A stretch of 64,000 bases of DNA from Octopus vulgaris (GCA_951406725.2 OX597817.1:114452001-114516000), one strand, 5' to 3'. Numbered from the stretch's first letter, positions 1 to 15,019 are shown. Translations and numbers: made by a program. Notes: generated by a model from the letters alone, not told the origin.

Positions 1-527
1 AATTCCGCATGCTGCCATCTCAGTCATTCCCCCCCCACCACCACCACCAACAACCATTCTATTTAGATATTCATCAGTTGTAACATGGCTCATGTTATTA
101 TATAGAAACTAATTTAAATTTATTTCGTTTTCCTTTCTACATACCTATCAAAATGTTGTGCATCATGTACAGATGTAATGTTTTCATTTCTATCTGTTAT
201 TTTGCCATTTCAATTGTCTCAGTTGATCTTTCTGAAGTAATTTGTTGCAGTTTTCCTCTGTGTAATGACATCTGAAATCCTATTCACTTGAAACGAGCAT
301 ATTTTATCCCTTTTGAGATCAAATACAAACAAAAGAGATATTAAGAACGATTTCTAACTCAGATAACAACTAATAGACAAGTAAAGTATATAGCTATATA
401 TTGTATCTTTAATTAAAATCGAGCATTTACAACTTTCTGTAAATCAATTAGTCTGTGTACATGTGTGTGTGTATACATATATATCATCATCATCAATTAA
501 TGTCCATTGTCCACATGTATGTATGTA

Positions 528-572
<45 letters not shown>

Positions 573-1941
573 TGAGAATGGATGTTTCTCTCCTTGTCCA
601 CAAAAACCTTCATTTGCTTATGATTTTATTACGCTGTTGTTTTCTTTCTGTGAAATGTTTGCTTTTGTTCGTTTTTCACCCTTGAGAATTTTTCCGTTGT
701 TTTCCTAATAACATTAGCACTTCTGATTAAGTCAAGAGTACTTTTATTCTAATGGGATTTATCAGTAATTTATGTTCAGCTTAAAAGAATTTACTAAAGT
801 CTCTCTCTATTTGTTCAATTAAATTACTCACAAGCTAGCTCGCTTGCCAGGGTTTTTGTCCAAATGATTTCTTTCTTTTGAATTTATGACTAATTCTATA
901 ATTATATTAAATAATCGAGCAACAAATGAAATGAATATTAAATGCTACTTATGCATTGAATAGAGTTTGTTAAATCAATTTTTTTTGTTCTCTTGGTTGA
1001 TTAATGAAAAGACTCTTTAAATGTTTGACTACAAGGCATACTGCTATTTCTAAAAATTTTAGATTTTAATTTCTGACTTGTCTCTTTCAAATGTCTTTAA
1101 TTAATTTTAAAATAAAATAGAATAGAATGAAATAAAATAAGAATAAGAATAAGAATAAGAATAAGATCTCATAAACTACTAATGTTCCATCTCATACCAA
1201 TTTCACCACCAGAATCTAGACTTTTGAAGAATTTAACATGCATTAATGTTCAGATACTAACTTTAAAGTTTGTTGGCATTCAGTAGTAGAGCAATTACTG
1301 TGTAATACTGATGTAAGTATGTAGACGAAGAACCTTTCTCAAGAGATTGTTTATTTTATTTTGTTTTACTTTGTTTTCTCAGTCTGTAGAGTATCTGTTA
1401 GCATTGCTAATTCTGTTAACATGATCACTTTCATCCAAAGTCTTTTATAGAAGAGACCATTACAGAGAATAATGGCTTGCCAATTACTGAAACAGTTGAT
1501 TCCAAATAGGTTATGGTTGTTGACATGGATTTCAAGTAGAGGAGACAATTTATTCTGCTCACCAATCATTCATCAACAAATCATGTCTACATTTTATGAT
1601 ATCACAGACATTCTCTGTGATATGCATATCTAAGAAATCTAATTTCAGTTGACAGAGAATATATTCAATATGTTCATTCATTAGTCTCTTTGTTTAGCCC
1701 TAGGTCAAACCTGGCAGAATAGACATATGATCAAAAGCATTCTGGTCATGATGATACTATCTTTTTCTGAAGTAGCTATGTTCACATCATTTCATTTGTC
1801 CTTCCTTTTATTTAAAAGTGCGTATGGTTTGAAAATGATCTCCTTGCTATTTTTTGCAGATGGAGTGAGTGCCTAAACATACTTTCATTCGGTTGTATTT
1901 GAATCAAGTTCATTTCTGTTTTTTATAATAATAATAATAAA

Positions 1942-2317
1942 AACTTTAGGAAAAGTTAAAGTATGTTTGTGATATATTTCAATTTCTGAAGGAAAATTCA
2001 CTGTAGTTACTGTGGAAAAAAATTTTTACTTATGGTAAAAAGTGCAAAAACACCATATCTGCCCTGTGCTGCCTCCTATTGGATTCCTAGATGTGTTTCT
2101 CGCTTTTTAGCCATTATCAATGGAAAATACTGAAGAGAACTTTTAGTTAAAGTTATGGCTTTAAAATCTGCCCAGAGTTACCTCTCTTTGGTACAGGCAG
2201 ATATGGTGTTTTACACCTTTTAACATAAGAGAGGGTTTTTTCTCCAGGGTAACTACAGTGAATTTGCTTTTAGAAGTTCAAATATGTCACAAACATATTT
2301 TAACTGACCTAAAGTTC
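1942..2317. mobile_element. Foldback/MITE-like element with ~125-bp imperfect terminal inverted repeats
   Basis: Arm 1942-2069 (aactttagg...caccatatctgccctgtgc) is the reverse complement of arm 2191-2317 (gtacaggcagatatggtg...cctaaagtt). Confidence 0.7.
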
Positions 2318-2374
2318 ACTTATGTCTAAACACTGCTTTGCTTTGATACTGCTGAGTTTCTGTTTGTATTTATT

Positions 2375-2532
2375 GAGTGGCTGTGTGGTATGTAGCTTGC
2401 TTACCAACCACATGGTTCCGGGTTCAGTCCAACTGTATGGCACCTTGGACAAGTGTCATCTACTATAGCCTCGGGCCGCCCAAAGCCTTATGAGTGGATT
2501 TGGTAGACGGAAACTGAATGAAGCCTGTTGTA

Positions 2533-2571
<39 letters not shown>

Positions 2572-2792
2572 ATGTGTATATGTTTGTGTGTCTGTGCCCC
2601 CCCACCAACCTCGCTTGACAACCGATGTTGGTGTGTTTACATCCCCATAACTTAGCGGTTCAGCAAAAGAGACTGATAGAATAAGTACTAGGCTTACAAA
2701 GAATAAGTCCTGGGGTCGATTTTCTCAACTAAAGGTGGTGCTCCAGCATGGCCGCAGTCAAATGACTGAAACAGGTAAAAGAATAAAAGAGA
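2375..2792 (+). mobile_element. tRNA-derived SINE family A (CORE-like; resembles octopus OR/OK SINEs) with internal (TA)/(TG) tract
   Basis: A-box/B-box head (tggctgtgtgg...gggttcagtcc), CORE-like caccttggNcaagtg, internal microsatellite, taaaaga tail; many copies in the window. Confidence 0.85.
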
Positions 2793-3339
2793 GAGTATAT
2801 ACTTCGAACTGAAATAGTTAATGATTTATATCCTATCATCACCACCAAGTTATGTCTGTTTCCAAGGCATTTAACTGTCAAAAACTTAGCCTTCCTCCTT
2901 GTAAATAGATACCACTTGAGTATGAAGCTCATTGCTGTAAAGATGCCAGTCCTTTATGATTTTTGGTTTCCTTGCCAAATCTTTCAAATGCTTTATTTAC
3001 AAGTTAGATTTATTTTTATTGTACCAGAATGATTAACCCCTTTTCTAGTTTTGGTTGAATTTAATTTCTTGATTAACCTTTTGTCTTTTATACTTGTTTC
3101 AGTCTTTAGACTGCAGTCATACTGGGGTACTGCCTTGAAGATTTTCATCAGACAAATTGATTCCAGATTTTTCTTTTCCATTTTCTTTTAATCTTGGTTC
3201 AGTCTGGTCTCTTTCCACTGAACCACTAAGTTACCAGAGATATAAACAAACCAGCACTAGTTCTCAAGTGGTGGTAGTGGGCAAAAACAAAGACATACAC
3301 ATGTATATTTATATATATTTATGTGTGTGTGTGTGTATA

Positions 3340-3376
<37 letters not shown>

Positions 3377-4242
3377 GGGGGTACAACTCCAAACTTACAG
3401 TGAAAAATTCAATTTAGTATTAAATAAAATTTCACAATATAAACATATAAAATATAAATTAGAGATAAAACCACTATTATGCAACTCAAACAGTGATAGA
3501 CATAAACCAAAACATAAATAACAAATAAAAGATATTTTTTATTACACATATAACTAGATCTCATGGGTTTCTTTCAGTTTTCATGTACTAAATCCAGCCA
3601 CAAGGTTTTGGTTGACCTGGGTCTACACCAGAAAACATTTCTCCAAGGTGCCATGCTGTGTGATTGAACCTGGAACCATGTGGTCAGAGAGCAAACTTCT
3701 TACTGCACTGCCTCACCTGTGCCTGTATAATTGAAACGTGCTAATTAAGTGTACTTTATAAAAAAGATAAACTCTACCTGAGTGATTTGCCTCAGATACA
3801 ATGCATGAAAATTCTTCAATGTTGTCTCATGCCCCACCAAAATCAATGGGTGATAGAGCTTAGCATCACTTGCTTAATCACTATTTACTAATTACATTGA
3901 GTAAATGAGGGAGGTTCTCTGCAGTTGCTTGATTTCCTAGAAGTAACAATGCAGATACCCTCACTTCATGCATGACTGCCTTGGAAAAGATCATTAGATG
4001 AAGTAGTTTAGGTATATTGTCTGAGAATAGATGAAAAGGACAGAATGGTCATGGCTGGAATATTTTCATCCTAAATCTATTTGATGATGGTTGACCTAGG
4101 GTCATACAACGACAACAACATCCAATAACAAGAAAAGGAAAATGTATTGTTTGAGTGTGATGATGGAGACGTGTTAGTTTATCTAATAAGTTTTACTGAG
4201 TGAAACTAAAAGAGGTTTTGATAAGCCATATAGTCATGGCTA

Positions 4243-4617
4243 GGTGCAGGCATGACTGTATGGTAAGAAGCTTGCTTCTCAACCATGTCATTCAGGTTCA
4301 ATCCCACTGCATGGCACCTTGGGTTGACCAAAGCCTTGTGAGTGGATTTAGTAGATGGAAACCAAAAGAAGCCCATTGTGTGTTTGTTTGTGTATGTCTT
4401 TTTGTCAGTGTTTGTTTCCCACCTCCACTTGACAACAGGTGTTGGTGTGTTTATGTCCCCATAATTTAGCAGTTCAGCAAAAGAGATCAATAAAATAAAT
4501 ACCAGGCTTTCAAAAAGCCAAGTACTGGGGTCAATTTGTTTGACAAAAAATTTTCAAGTTGGTACCCCAGCATGGCCGCATTCGAATGACTGAAACAAGT
4601 AAAACATAAAAGATAAA
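4243..4617 (+). mobile_element. SINE family A copy (diverged)
   Basis: Same head, body and tail as 2375-2792. Confidence 0.75.
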
Positions 4618-4716
4618 GTTGCTTTTCTATTAATTATTGCTTTTTTTAATTTTGACACAAGACCAGCAATTTTCGAGAAATGGGGGTAAGTCAATTATAT
4701 ATATGTATGTATATGT

Positions 4717-4756
<40 letters not shown>

Positions 4757-5612
4757 TTGTGTGTGTGTGTGTTTGTCCCCCACCACTACTTGACAACCAG
4801 TGTTTATGTATCTGTAACTTAGTGGCTTGGCAAAAAGAGACTGATATAATAAATACCAGGCTTAAAAAAAAGTACTAGGGTTGATTCATTCATCTAAAAG
4901 TTGATTCATTCATCAAAGTGGTGCCCCAGCATGGCCATTGTCTAATGACTAGAAAGGAAGCAGGGGAAATTTGTTAGTCATTAGCAGTGTTCTAGAGAGC
5001 AACATAAAGATGATTGATATTGAAGAAGCTTCTTTTGGTTTTGATTCTGAGTATTTGATTATTTGATAAACTGACAGCCTATTCATTAAATTAATGTCTA
5101 AGTGGCTGAGTATTCCACAAACCTTTAATGTAAATCCTCAAATCAAGTCAGCATGACACAATATATGACAAGGCTGGACATATGAATTGCACAGGGACAT
5201 ATATACAGGTACATATGATGGCTTCTGCCCAGTTTCTGTCCTTTTCTCTCTACCCACTTGCAGTTCCACTCTCAAGGTTTGTGTTTACCTGAGGCGGTGA
5301 TAATATACTCCATGAAGATATGGTAGCGTGGGATTGAACCCGAAACCTCATGATTGTGAAGCAAACTTCTTAACCACCCAGTCATGCTATGTCCTGTTGA
5401 TAGTACAATATCCAAAATTGTATGTTACACTTTGTCAAAAGAAAACCCTTATTCTAGTGGTAAAATATGAACTATCAACTATTTGGCTAGTTGTTGACAT
5501 TCTTTAGTTCCAGGTCAGCCATGATTGAGCAGATGTACAAAGACATTCCAACCATGACCTTCCTGTCTTTTATACATACTGTATCTAGGATCACATTCTC
5601 CTTTCAAAACAT

Positions 5613-5841
5613 CAACCCTTTCATTACCAAATTCCTGCTAAAATACACTGCTTTGTTTTAATTAATTTTGGTAATTATGAAGAATTTAGTAAAATAACTT
5701 GATCATTATTAAACTGGAGTTTGTCACATAAATTAATATGAAATTTCTATGGAAGGTTTTAATTTAGTTCACTTTAAAATAGGAAGTTTATATCATAGAT
5801 CCATGGGTGGACTTGGGTGGTTTGATATCTGAAGGGTTAAG
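5613..5841. mobile_element. TTAA-type (piggyBac-like) MITE
   Basis: Ends aaccctttc...gaagggttaa; similar to the elements at 35575-35981. Confidence 0.55.
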
Positions 5842-6480
5842 GTATAATTTAAAGGGAGTTTGACTGCTATTATTTGCATTTGAGTGATCATAGACCAGTA
5901 TTATAACACCTTAGCTACTTATCAATCTGTTTTATTGTTATTAATGATGTTTGAAGACCTTCTCTATTATTTTTATTGAACATACTATATATATATATAT
6001 ATGTAGTGAGTTGGTCTTTCCCTCGGCATCGACATGCCGTATGAAACTTTCGTAAACTGCTGATATAAAAGTGTGCTCTTGAAGATCTGAAACTGATAAT
6101 TCTTCCTAGTGAAGAATTATTTAATGTCATTTTCATTCAGATGAGAGCAAATCGATTATTTACTCAGCAAATGTTCATTCACCATTCATCGTTCGCTACT
6201 GACATGGTGCACATAAATATGAGATAGCAACATGTACTGTCATATGCAGTTGCTGTTGCTGCTGTTGTTGTTGTTGTAAACAGTTTTATGGGATGGAGAT
6301 AAATGAAGTAGTTAAGCATGGCAGTCTCAAGATATTGTTGTGTGTTTTGTTTCAATGTAGTAAATTATAGTATCTGTGTACATGTGCATGAAGGTGTGTG
6401 TGTGTGTTCATGTGTATGTGTGTAGATATATATATATATACATACACACATGTATATGTGTGTATATATGTATGCATATA

Positions 6481-6534
<54 letters not shown>

Positions 6535-7237
6535 CATATATACATATGCCTACATACAGATATATACCCACAAAGATACGTATATGCATATATTTATATA
6601 TATATATGGAGCACTTTTCCTTCTTTAAGAATATGCCAGGATAACATGAAAGAATGGGCTGGAATGAATGTCTCCAAGTACAAAATGATGATGAGTGCGT
6701 GTCTGGTGGTTTCTGTTGCTGTTCACCCCATAATGGAATGGACAATCAAACAGAAAAAAAAAAAAGTAAAAGAAAACTCTTGTTTTTCTTTTTCTTTCCA
6801 AACAGTGTATCGAAGTCTACTTTATCAAATATGATGGAGATTTGGCTGATATTTCTAGCATGTCAAATAACAATTCCTTACAACTTCCCATTGGCTTGTG
6901 CATGTCTGGTTGTCTTCAACTACACCTCAGTAGTATCGTTGTTTAGTCTCATTGTAGATAGACATCTGAAGGAATTGGTGCAATCCCTGAAGTCAGAGTT
7001 GACCATGGTTAATAATCAGGGCATGTTCACACAACAGTGGATCAGTGGTGTGACACATATCTAGAGCACCAACCCTTCTGTATGCTTTAACCATGAGACC
7101 ATCTGACAGGGTACTACCACCTCAGGTCAAAAGCAAACTAGGATCATTGGTGATTTAGGCTAACTCCATGAACCCTAACCCCACCCCACCCCACCCCACC
7201 CAAGACTCTTGAACTCTTGAGCAGGCACCTCATCACT

Positions 7238-7640
7238 GTCTTTTACTTGTTTCAGTCATTAGACTACAGCTATGCTTGAGGAATTGAGGGCACCCACCTC
7301 GAGAAATCTTTTGTTGAATGAATTGACTCCAGTACTTATTATTTTTGTAAAGCCTGGTACTTATTCTATCAGTATTTTTTGCTGAACCACTAAGTTCACA
7401 GGAGCATAAACACACAAGCACAGGTCATCAAGCAGTGGTAGGAGACAAACACAGACACAAAGACACACACACAATAGGCTTCTTTCAGTTTCCCTCTACC
7501 AAATCCACTCTCAAGGCTTTTGTAGGCCTGAGGCTATAGTGGAAGACACTTGCATTTGCCCAAGGTGCCATGCAGTGGGACTGAAACTGGAACATGTGGA
7601 TAGAAAGCAAGCTTCTTACCACACAGCCATGCTTGCACCA
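7238..7640 (-). mobile_element. SINE family A copy
   Basis: Reverse complement of family A, including tail and head. Confidence 0.8.
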
Positions 7641-9242
7641 ATGTGTGTGCACGTGCGCGTAAATATATATATCATCATCATCATCATCATTTAACGTCCG
7701 CTTTCCATGCTAGCATGGGTTGGACGAGGCTTCTTTCCAATTCCATCTACCAAATCCACTCATAAGGCCTCGGTCAGCCTGAGGTTATAGTTCAGGTTCA
7801 GTCCCACTGTGTGGCACTTTGGGCAAGACACTTCTGCCATGCAGTGAGACTGAACCTGTGCTATAACCAGGAACAATGTGGTTGGGAAGCAAATTTTTTA
7901 CCACATAGCCACACCTGCACCTACACATAGTTTAATTATCTTACCTAGAAGTAGTTCTGGTTACAGTATCAAAACATAATGTGGAATGGCCATGGATAGA
8001 ACACACACTTCAAATGAGTTTTTTTTTATAGTTTTTTTTCTCTTTCTTGTTTCTTTTATTTTTACTGGTTTATCATTTTCTTCACAATCAGCTGTTATTG
8101 TTCTTCTTTAGTTGCTTTTGTTTAAGTTTTGGTTCAGTAACTCTGTGACAAATATTTGACAGGCAGTGTGTGGTAGTGATGGCAGCACTGGTAGCGGCAT
8201 CAGTGGTGGTGGTCATGGGACACTACAAACTTTGACATGCTTGAAGTATTCTAGTTTCATAACAAGTTGGGTTGATATTGTCTTTGTCAGAAAGATGAGA
8301 AGGTTAAGTCAACTGTATCATTTTCATAACTCAAGAGTTATGAGCTAATCAACTTTTTCTCAGTTATCCAGTACAATATCGACTTTCTGTCTCGTACAGA
8401 CTGTCATGGAAGAAATGACATCTGTGTGTGTGTGTGTGTGTGTGTGTGAATAATGATTCATTATATTGACAGAAGGCCAAGAATTTGTTGGGAAAAGGTT
8501 TGATTGTATATAGGATTGAATAAACCACAGTATGAAACTGGAACTTAGTAGTCATTTGGCCTGCAAGAAATAGCTGCAAAACCTCCCTCGAAATCATACC
8601 TTATCATCTTAACCATTTTGAATTTGGTCCTGTGATACAAGCTACCTGTTTAGAAATGACCAAAATCTGCCCTTTAACATTTAAACTGGTCAGATCCAGC
8701 CCAATTATTCTAACTGTTTTATGTTCAAATTGGCCAGATCCAGCCTCTCACACCTACCCTACAATGTCACTCTGAAAGTAAATAATCACATCATGAAAAT
8801 CTCAAACCTCTGAGATAATGTGTGATTAATTCAAAACAATGTAAATAAATAAGCATTACATTTGACAGAGTAATCGGAGCATTAAAGGGTTAAAACCTCC
8901 TATCAAAATTTCATATCAATTTGTGCTTCAAAGATATTTAATACTCTCTTTATTTTTTCAGAATTGATTTATAAAAAGGCAGTGTATTTTAATAGAAATA
9001 TGGCAACAAAAGGATTAAACATAGAAAATCAACAATAATAATCAATAATCATCATCACTATGAATCCTTTATTTTCCCTTCTATTGTTATATGTACAAAT
9101 TTCTCTTTTGTCTTGCTACATGAGTAGAATATGTTTCACTGAGGAGGTCTGGTAAGACTGGAACATGTCTATTGTATTTACCAGTTGGCTTTAAAGACCA
9201 GATCCATTCCAATCTAGAATATGTGTATATGTATGTGCATGC

Positions 9243-9296
<54 letters not shown>

Positions 9297-9598
9297 ATGT
9301 ATGGTGTTGGCATGTGCTTGTGTGCATTGTAGCTGATGCTGTTACCCCATGTCAGCCCTGACTGAATAGTCCTGTGATCTAAAGTATTCCAACTTTAACC
9401 AGCTTGTCTTAATTCCTGTGGGTAAGCAATCCAGGAGCAGATCAGTAAATATGATTATTATGAAAGGTGAGCATATGATTAGAGTGAGATTCAGCTGCCA
9501 TTTCTAGCAATTCAAACAAGCAGCCATGTAAAGAAATCCTAGAAGCTTCTGTGTATGATATGTATGCAGGCTCATGCAAAATCGGTAACAAGTCCACA

Positions 9599-9770
9599 TC
9601 AGATGTGAGATCTAGTTCCCTTTTCAAGTACAAATAGGCCTGTATCAGACATAAAGTGCAGGTCCCCATTTCAACTGAGAATTGGCTGGGGTCAGATGTG
9701 AAATGTAGGCCCTTATTTCAACTGAGAATTGTCCCTGGCCAGATGTGTAATATAAACCTCATTTCAAACA
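9599..9770. repeat. Degenerate ~46-47-bp minisatellite, about 4 units
   Basis: Recurrent cagatgtg...atttcaactgagaatt motifs at about 9599, 9645, 9692 and 9739. Confidence 0.55.
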
Positions 9771-10004
9771 GCTTCTTGAGTATTTCAGTAATCAGTGATA
9801 AATACATATAGCTTATATATGGGTTACAGATATACACTTGTACATGTAGTCACAGGTGTGGCTCTGTGGTAAGAAATTTGTTTCCCAGCCCTGTGGATCC
9901 TGGTTCAGTCCCACTGCATGGAAGTTGGACAAGTATCTTCTACTGTAACTCCAGGCTGACAAAACCCTCATGGGTGGATTTGGCAGATTAGAACTGAAAG
10001 ATGC

Positions 10005-10035
<31 letters not shown>

Positions 10036-10054
10036 ATGAATATATATATATATT

Positions 10055-10215
10055 TTTTCTCTCCTTGTTTTTTTCTGTGTATCTTTCTGTCGAAGAGCAT
10101 AGGATCGAAACGTAAAATTCTTTTTCTATTTCTATTCCTGAGCGCTATACTAATACATTTGTTTGTTTGTACTCCACCTGCCTTTGTCTTTTGTTTATTT
10201 TCATAAACTTTCCCT
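10055..10215 (+). mobile_element. Penelope-like pLTR fragment with degenerate minimal hammerhead motif (10082-10117)
   Basis: tcttt-CTGTCGA-A-gagc-atag-gatc-GAAAC-GTA; homologous to the minus strand of 49122-49436; flanked by (TA)n. Confidence 0.55.
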
Positions 10216-10225
10216 TTATATATAT

Positions 10226-10552
10226 ACTAGCAGTATTGCCCGGCGTTGCTCGGGTTTGTAAGGGAAATAACTATATAAGCATTTTTAGAGAGTTAAAGAA
10301 CGCTAGCGTGGACGCCAACACCGCCGCCATCGACACATGATGCATTTTATGCATTAAAATGGAATAAAAAATTATTTTTAATTAAATTATTTTTAAAATC
10401 GTAGACTCATCGTTGATGCGCACTAATAGTCAGACGGGCTCGATATGAATCACGACTATAAGATACCCGAATTTGGTTAAACTGCACCGCAAAATGTGGG
10501 AGGAGTTAGGAATCTAAATCGAAGGGGACAGACACTCACACAACTAGAGTTT

Positions 10553-10560
<8 letters not shown>
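10226..10560 (-). mobile_element. Non-autonomous Helitron-like element
   Basis: Minus-strand 3' end has a GC hairpin (cccg-agcaacgc-cggg) followed by CTAGT; 5' end tatatataaaactctagttgtgtgagtgtctgtc; sits in (TA)n. Confidence 0.7.
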
Positions 10561-10589
<29 letters not shown>

Positions 10590-10922
10590 ATATGTATATG
10601 TATATGTATATATATGTATATATGCATGCATGCATATATGTATATGTATGTATGTGTGTCTTTGTTTGTCCCCCAGCACAACTTGGCAACAGGTGTTGGT
10701 TTGTTTACATCCCTACACTCACAAACGTTCATAGATATGCCTATGCAATACGTACATATACGATGGGCTTCTTTCAGTTTCCATCAACCAAATCAACTCA
10801 CAAGGCTTTGGTCATACAAGTGCTGCTGTAGAAGATACTTGCACAAGGTGTCATGAAGTGGGGCTGAAACCAAGACCATGTAGTTTGGAAGTAATCTTCT
10901 CACCCTTCAACTTTTACTGTGC

Positions 10923-10966
<44 letters not shown>

Positions 10967-11105
10967 GATGACCCTCTCTGAGTTTCTGTCTACCAAATTT
11001 ACTCATGAGGTTTCGGTCAGCCCAAGCCTATAGGAAAAGAAACTTGCCCAAGGTGCCACCATGTGAGCAGGAAGCAAACTTCTTACCACACAGCTATGCC
11101 TGCAC

Positions 11106-11138
<33 letters not shown>

Positions 11139-12079
11139 CATACATACATACATACATACATACATACATACATACATACATACATACATACATACATGAT
11201 TACGTACGTACGTACGTACGTACATACATACATACATACACATGCACACATACACACACATATGTATCACAAATACATACATATATATACTTATATGTGT
11301 GAGTGCGTGTGTCAGAGTGATTCTGACTGATTGGATATTTTAGGATCTGTTATTATGATATTGCCTGATTGAGTGTGTTATATATTACACAAGTGGATTT
11401 GATATGAAATGACATTGTTATTGATTAGCTATTGTATGATAGATATTCCCAATGAATATGATGTGATATCATATTGTAAAATGTAGTGGTATTAGTTGTT
11501 GTAATTGGTATAGTATTATCTAATGGGATATTGCTAGATGCTGTCTGATATGATATTGTGTTGTCAAAATTCGCTATGTAAGAAAGTTTTCAATTAATCA
11601 CTAATTTAATGTTTATGAGTGTGTGTGTATATATATATATATATGTACAAGCATGGTTGTTTGGTTAAGAAGCTTGCCTTGCAGCCATATCGTTTTGGGT
11701 TCAGTTCCATTGTGTGTGGCACCTTGGGCAAGTGTCTTCTACTATTGCCCCATGGCGACTCATACTTTGTGACGGAGTTTGGTAGATGGAAACTGTGGAA
11801 GCTTATTGTTTGTGTGTGTGTGTGTGTATTTATATAGAAAGTATGAAAAGAGAAAATAGAAAACTTCTGACAATGTGGAGAGGTTTATAAAACCTTTATA
11901 TTTCAGGCACAAAGGCCCATCTTGCACTTGAAATATAAAGGCTTTATAAAACTTACAGCATTGTGAGAAGTTTTTTTTTCTGTCTTTTTACCTTCTTCAA
12001 TATTACAGTGCTTCAAGTGAACTACAACCCTCTTATTTACATATATATATATAAAGATATATATATATATATATATGTA

Positions 12080-12301
12080 CAGTAATCCCTCACCACATTG
12101 TGGTTCACCTATCACAGTTTATTATTTAAGCTCACGTTCATTCCTGCATGGTGTTTTATTGCATTTATAATAAAATAAATATACACAAATTATAAAAATA
12201 TTTAAAAAATATACAGTACATTACTTTTTCTACTTTGCAGATTTTCACCTATTATGGAGGTGTTTTGGAATGTAACACCCATGATAGTCAAGGTACTACT
12301 G
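12080..12301. mobile_element. Tigger/pogo-like MITE
   Basis: Termini cagtaatccctc...aggtactactg flanked by TA; second partial copy at about 33869-34040. Confidence 0.65.
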
Positions 12302-12554
12302 TATATGTGTGTGTGTGTGTGTCTTTATACATAGACCTCTTTCCAAAGCAAATTCAAAGCAATTGTATTTCACAAATAAAACTTAACCAAATGAACCCAT
12401 TATTTTGTTATTTTTACATGAATTGCCACCTCATTATTGCCCCAATTTTTACATGAATTGCTACCCCATCATCACCCCGCCTTTCTTCAATGACTCCTTG
12501 GAACTTTCCACTGCCCCCAGAGGGTGCAACACTGCCCACTTTGAGAACCACTGT

Positions 12555-13160
12555 TGTAGACATTCCATTTTTAATCACCAGTGATGATTTATTTAAAGAA
12601 AAGGTCAATTTCATAGTATTTGAGATGCATATCACAAATGTTGATTAGTTATGTTGAGTGAATCTCTTTCAATTTATGCGGAACCTAAATATTGAGCTTC
12701 TTAACAAGTTCAAGACATTTTAAGTGATTTCCAATTGTTGTGTGTGATACATTTAACTTCTCTACAATGTGTCGCACAGTTTCATGGCAGTCATATTCAA
12801 TTATGACTTTAAGTCGGTCATGATCAACTTCAATAGGTCGACCAAAATGTTGGTCATCTTTGAGTGAAAAATATCCAGAATGGAATTTATTACATATCTT
12901 TTTGTGAGCCTCAGCAGCTTTCATGCCTTTACAGAAATAAAAAAGTAAAATATGCTGAAAATGTTCGTTTTTGCTCTCCATGTTAAAATTGACACTGAAC
13001 TAATAGTTGTAAACAAAATTATGCGCAATTTGCTTCTAAAGTAAGCTAAAAGTAACAGCTATCAAATGTTAAAAGGAAAAAATCATAACATTGACAAAAG
13101 TCATTCAAAAGTCGTAACTCTATTTGTGAAAAACGAAATTACTTTCTTACCAGCCCAATA
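12555..13160 (-). pseudogene. Decayed mariner transposase 5' half with TIR
   Basis: ORF 12685-12981 resembles the mariner HTH (LFYF.KG...GRP..V...TV..I.EKLNVSHTTI..HL); downstream WVPHKL and ITGD.KW motifs broken by frameshift/stops; TIR tattgggctggtaagaaagtaatttcg at about 13135-13160. Confidence 0.85.
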
Positions 13161-14139
13161 TATATATATGAATATGTGTTAATGTTTGCACAGATGTGAC
13201 ACAGTAGGAAAGAAACACCACCCCTCTGTCTTCTTATCATTATGTTAGGTTAAATACCATGTAGTCTCTTTCTTCATTCATTTGTTTTTCATCCATGCTG
13301 CCAAGGTTTGGATGAATGCTTATTATTGAGGTGTTATTTTACAGCTGAATGTCATTTCAGTAAACATCACCTGTTTTAAGTAGGGGATTTCTGTTTCTTC
13401 AAAAGTACAAAGGTGCAGGGCAGTTTGTTGAGAGATAATGTTGACATAACATAAGACAACTGGATATCCTAGAATATCCAATTTAAAGGCAAAGTTTTTG
13501 TGTTTAATAATAGCTATTATCTAATGTTCCATTCTAAACAGATAGTGCAAACAAACAGACTGCTAGACAGACGACCCTGACACTTTTGAATACAAGAAAC
13601 TTGTTCCATCTCACTTAAAACCAAAAAAAATGTATTTTATATCTTCTGTATAGAAACAGTTGTTTTGCTCTAATCTCTTTCACATTAAGAGAAATTCACT
13701 TCACACAGTTTCATTTCTTACTTTTCTTTAATTTATTGCTATTTTAGTTAGAAGTGTTTATGTAGCAAAATCTTCTTGACAGACAAATGGCATGGAAAAT
13801 ACTGAATAGTTGTCATTAAAGGAAATCTGTGACCACCACGGTCATATATCTGTCTTCTTTATGCATCTAACCACCCCCACTCTCTTTATCCAGTTGCCTT
13901 TTACATATACTCACTTAAGTAATTCTCATGTGTATGTGTGCATCTATACACTCACACTCATATACACACTCTACAAATATACATATATATATGAAGGTGC
14001 ATGTATGTATATCTGTAGTTCATCATATACATATGTGCACATATGTATGCTGCTCTCTAGCACTCTTTATGATCTTATGTATATAGAGAGGGGTATACAT
14101 TTTTATTTCTTATTATTTTTCTCTTTCTTTATGCATGTG

Positions 14140-14194
<55 letters not shown>

Positions 14195-15019
14195 GTATAT
14201 ATATATACAGAGAGAGAGAAAAAGTGATAGATAGATGTATGCATATATACATATATGTATGTGTGTGTATGTAGTATGGTATGCATTCTTATAAATTTAG
14301 TCATAATGGATTCATGTATATTGCTCGTGTGTGTGTGTGTGTAGATAGATAGATATGATATTGGCAGTAATCTTCAGAAAATATAAGTTGACATGTTTAT
14401 GGAGGTGTAAGTTATTTTTTTATAGGTAGCTTATGAAAATAAAAAAAAAACTAATGTGGTTAGATCTTGAGACAGTGCAAAAATAATTTAAGTTGAAGGG
14501 TGGTAAGGACAGATATTCTAAGTTATCTTCCTTTGCCAAATTATATATTTTTATATATTTTTTTGCCCTCTTGAATACACATGCACACTTGCATGTTTAC
14601 ACATATGCATGTATATCCATGTACAGTATGGAAAGTTCACCATATGGTTTTTGTTTTATTTTTCAACTTACATTTTTCTCTTGTTTTTTTTTTTTCTTTC
14701 TCAATAAAATAGTTTTTAACTGTTTAATGGTGAGATACTATGGATATATTTTCTTGGTAAACTTTTCTCACAGTGAACTTTCGTCATAATGAATTGATGG
14801 TGGTGAACTTACCTGTAATCATGTATATCTGCTCACGTTCACATTGCAATAAAGTTAATATGGCTTACTGGGCAAGCTCCTGGATCCTCAGCACTTTCTG
14901 GTTCAGAGACTTGTATGTCATCGTTCCCCTTTGCTCCTTCTTTGTATAGCTATGCATAGAATATTGCTGGCCTCTGTGACCTGCTCATATAAAACGAAAT
15001 ATTATGAGAATAGAGCAAT

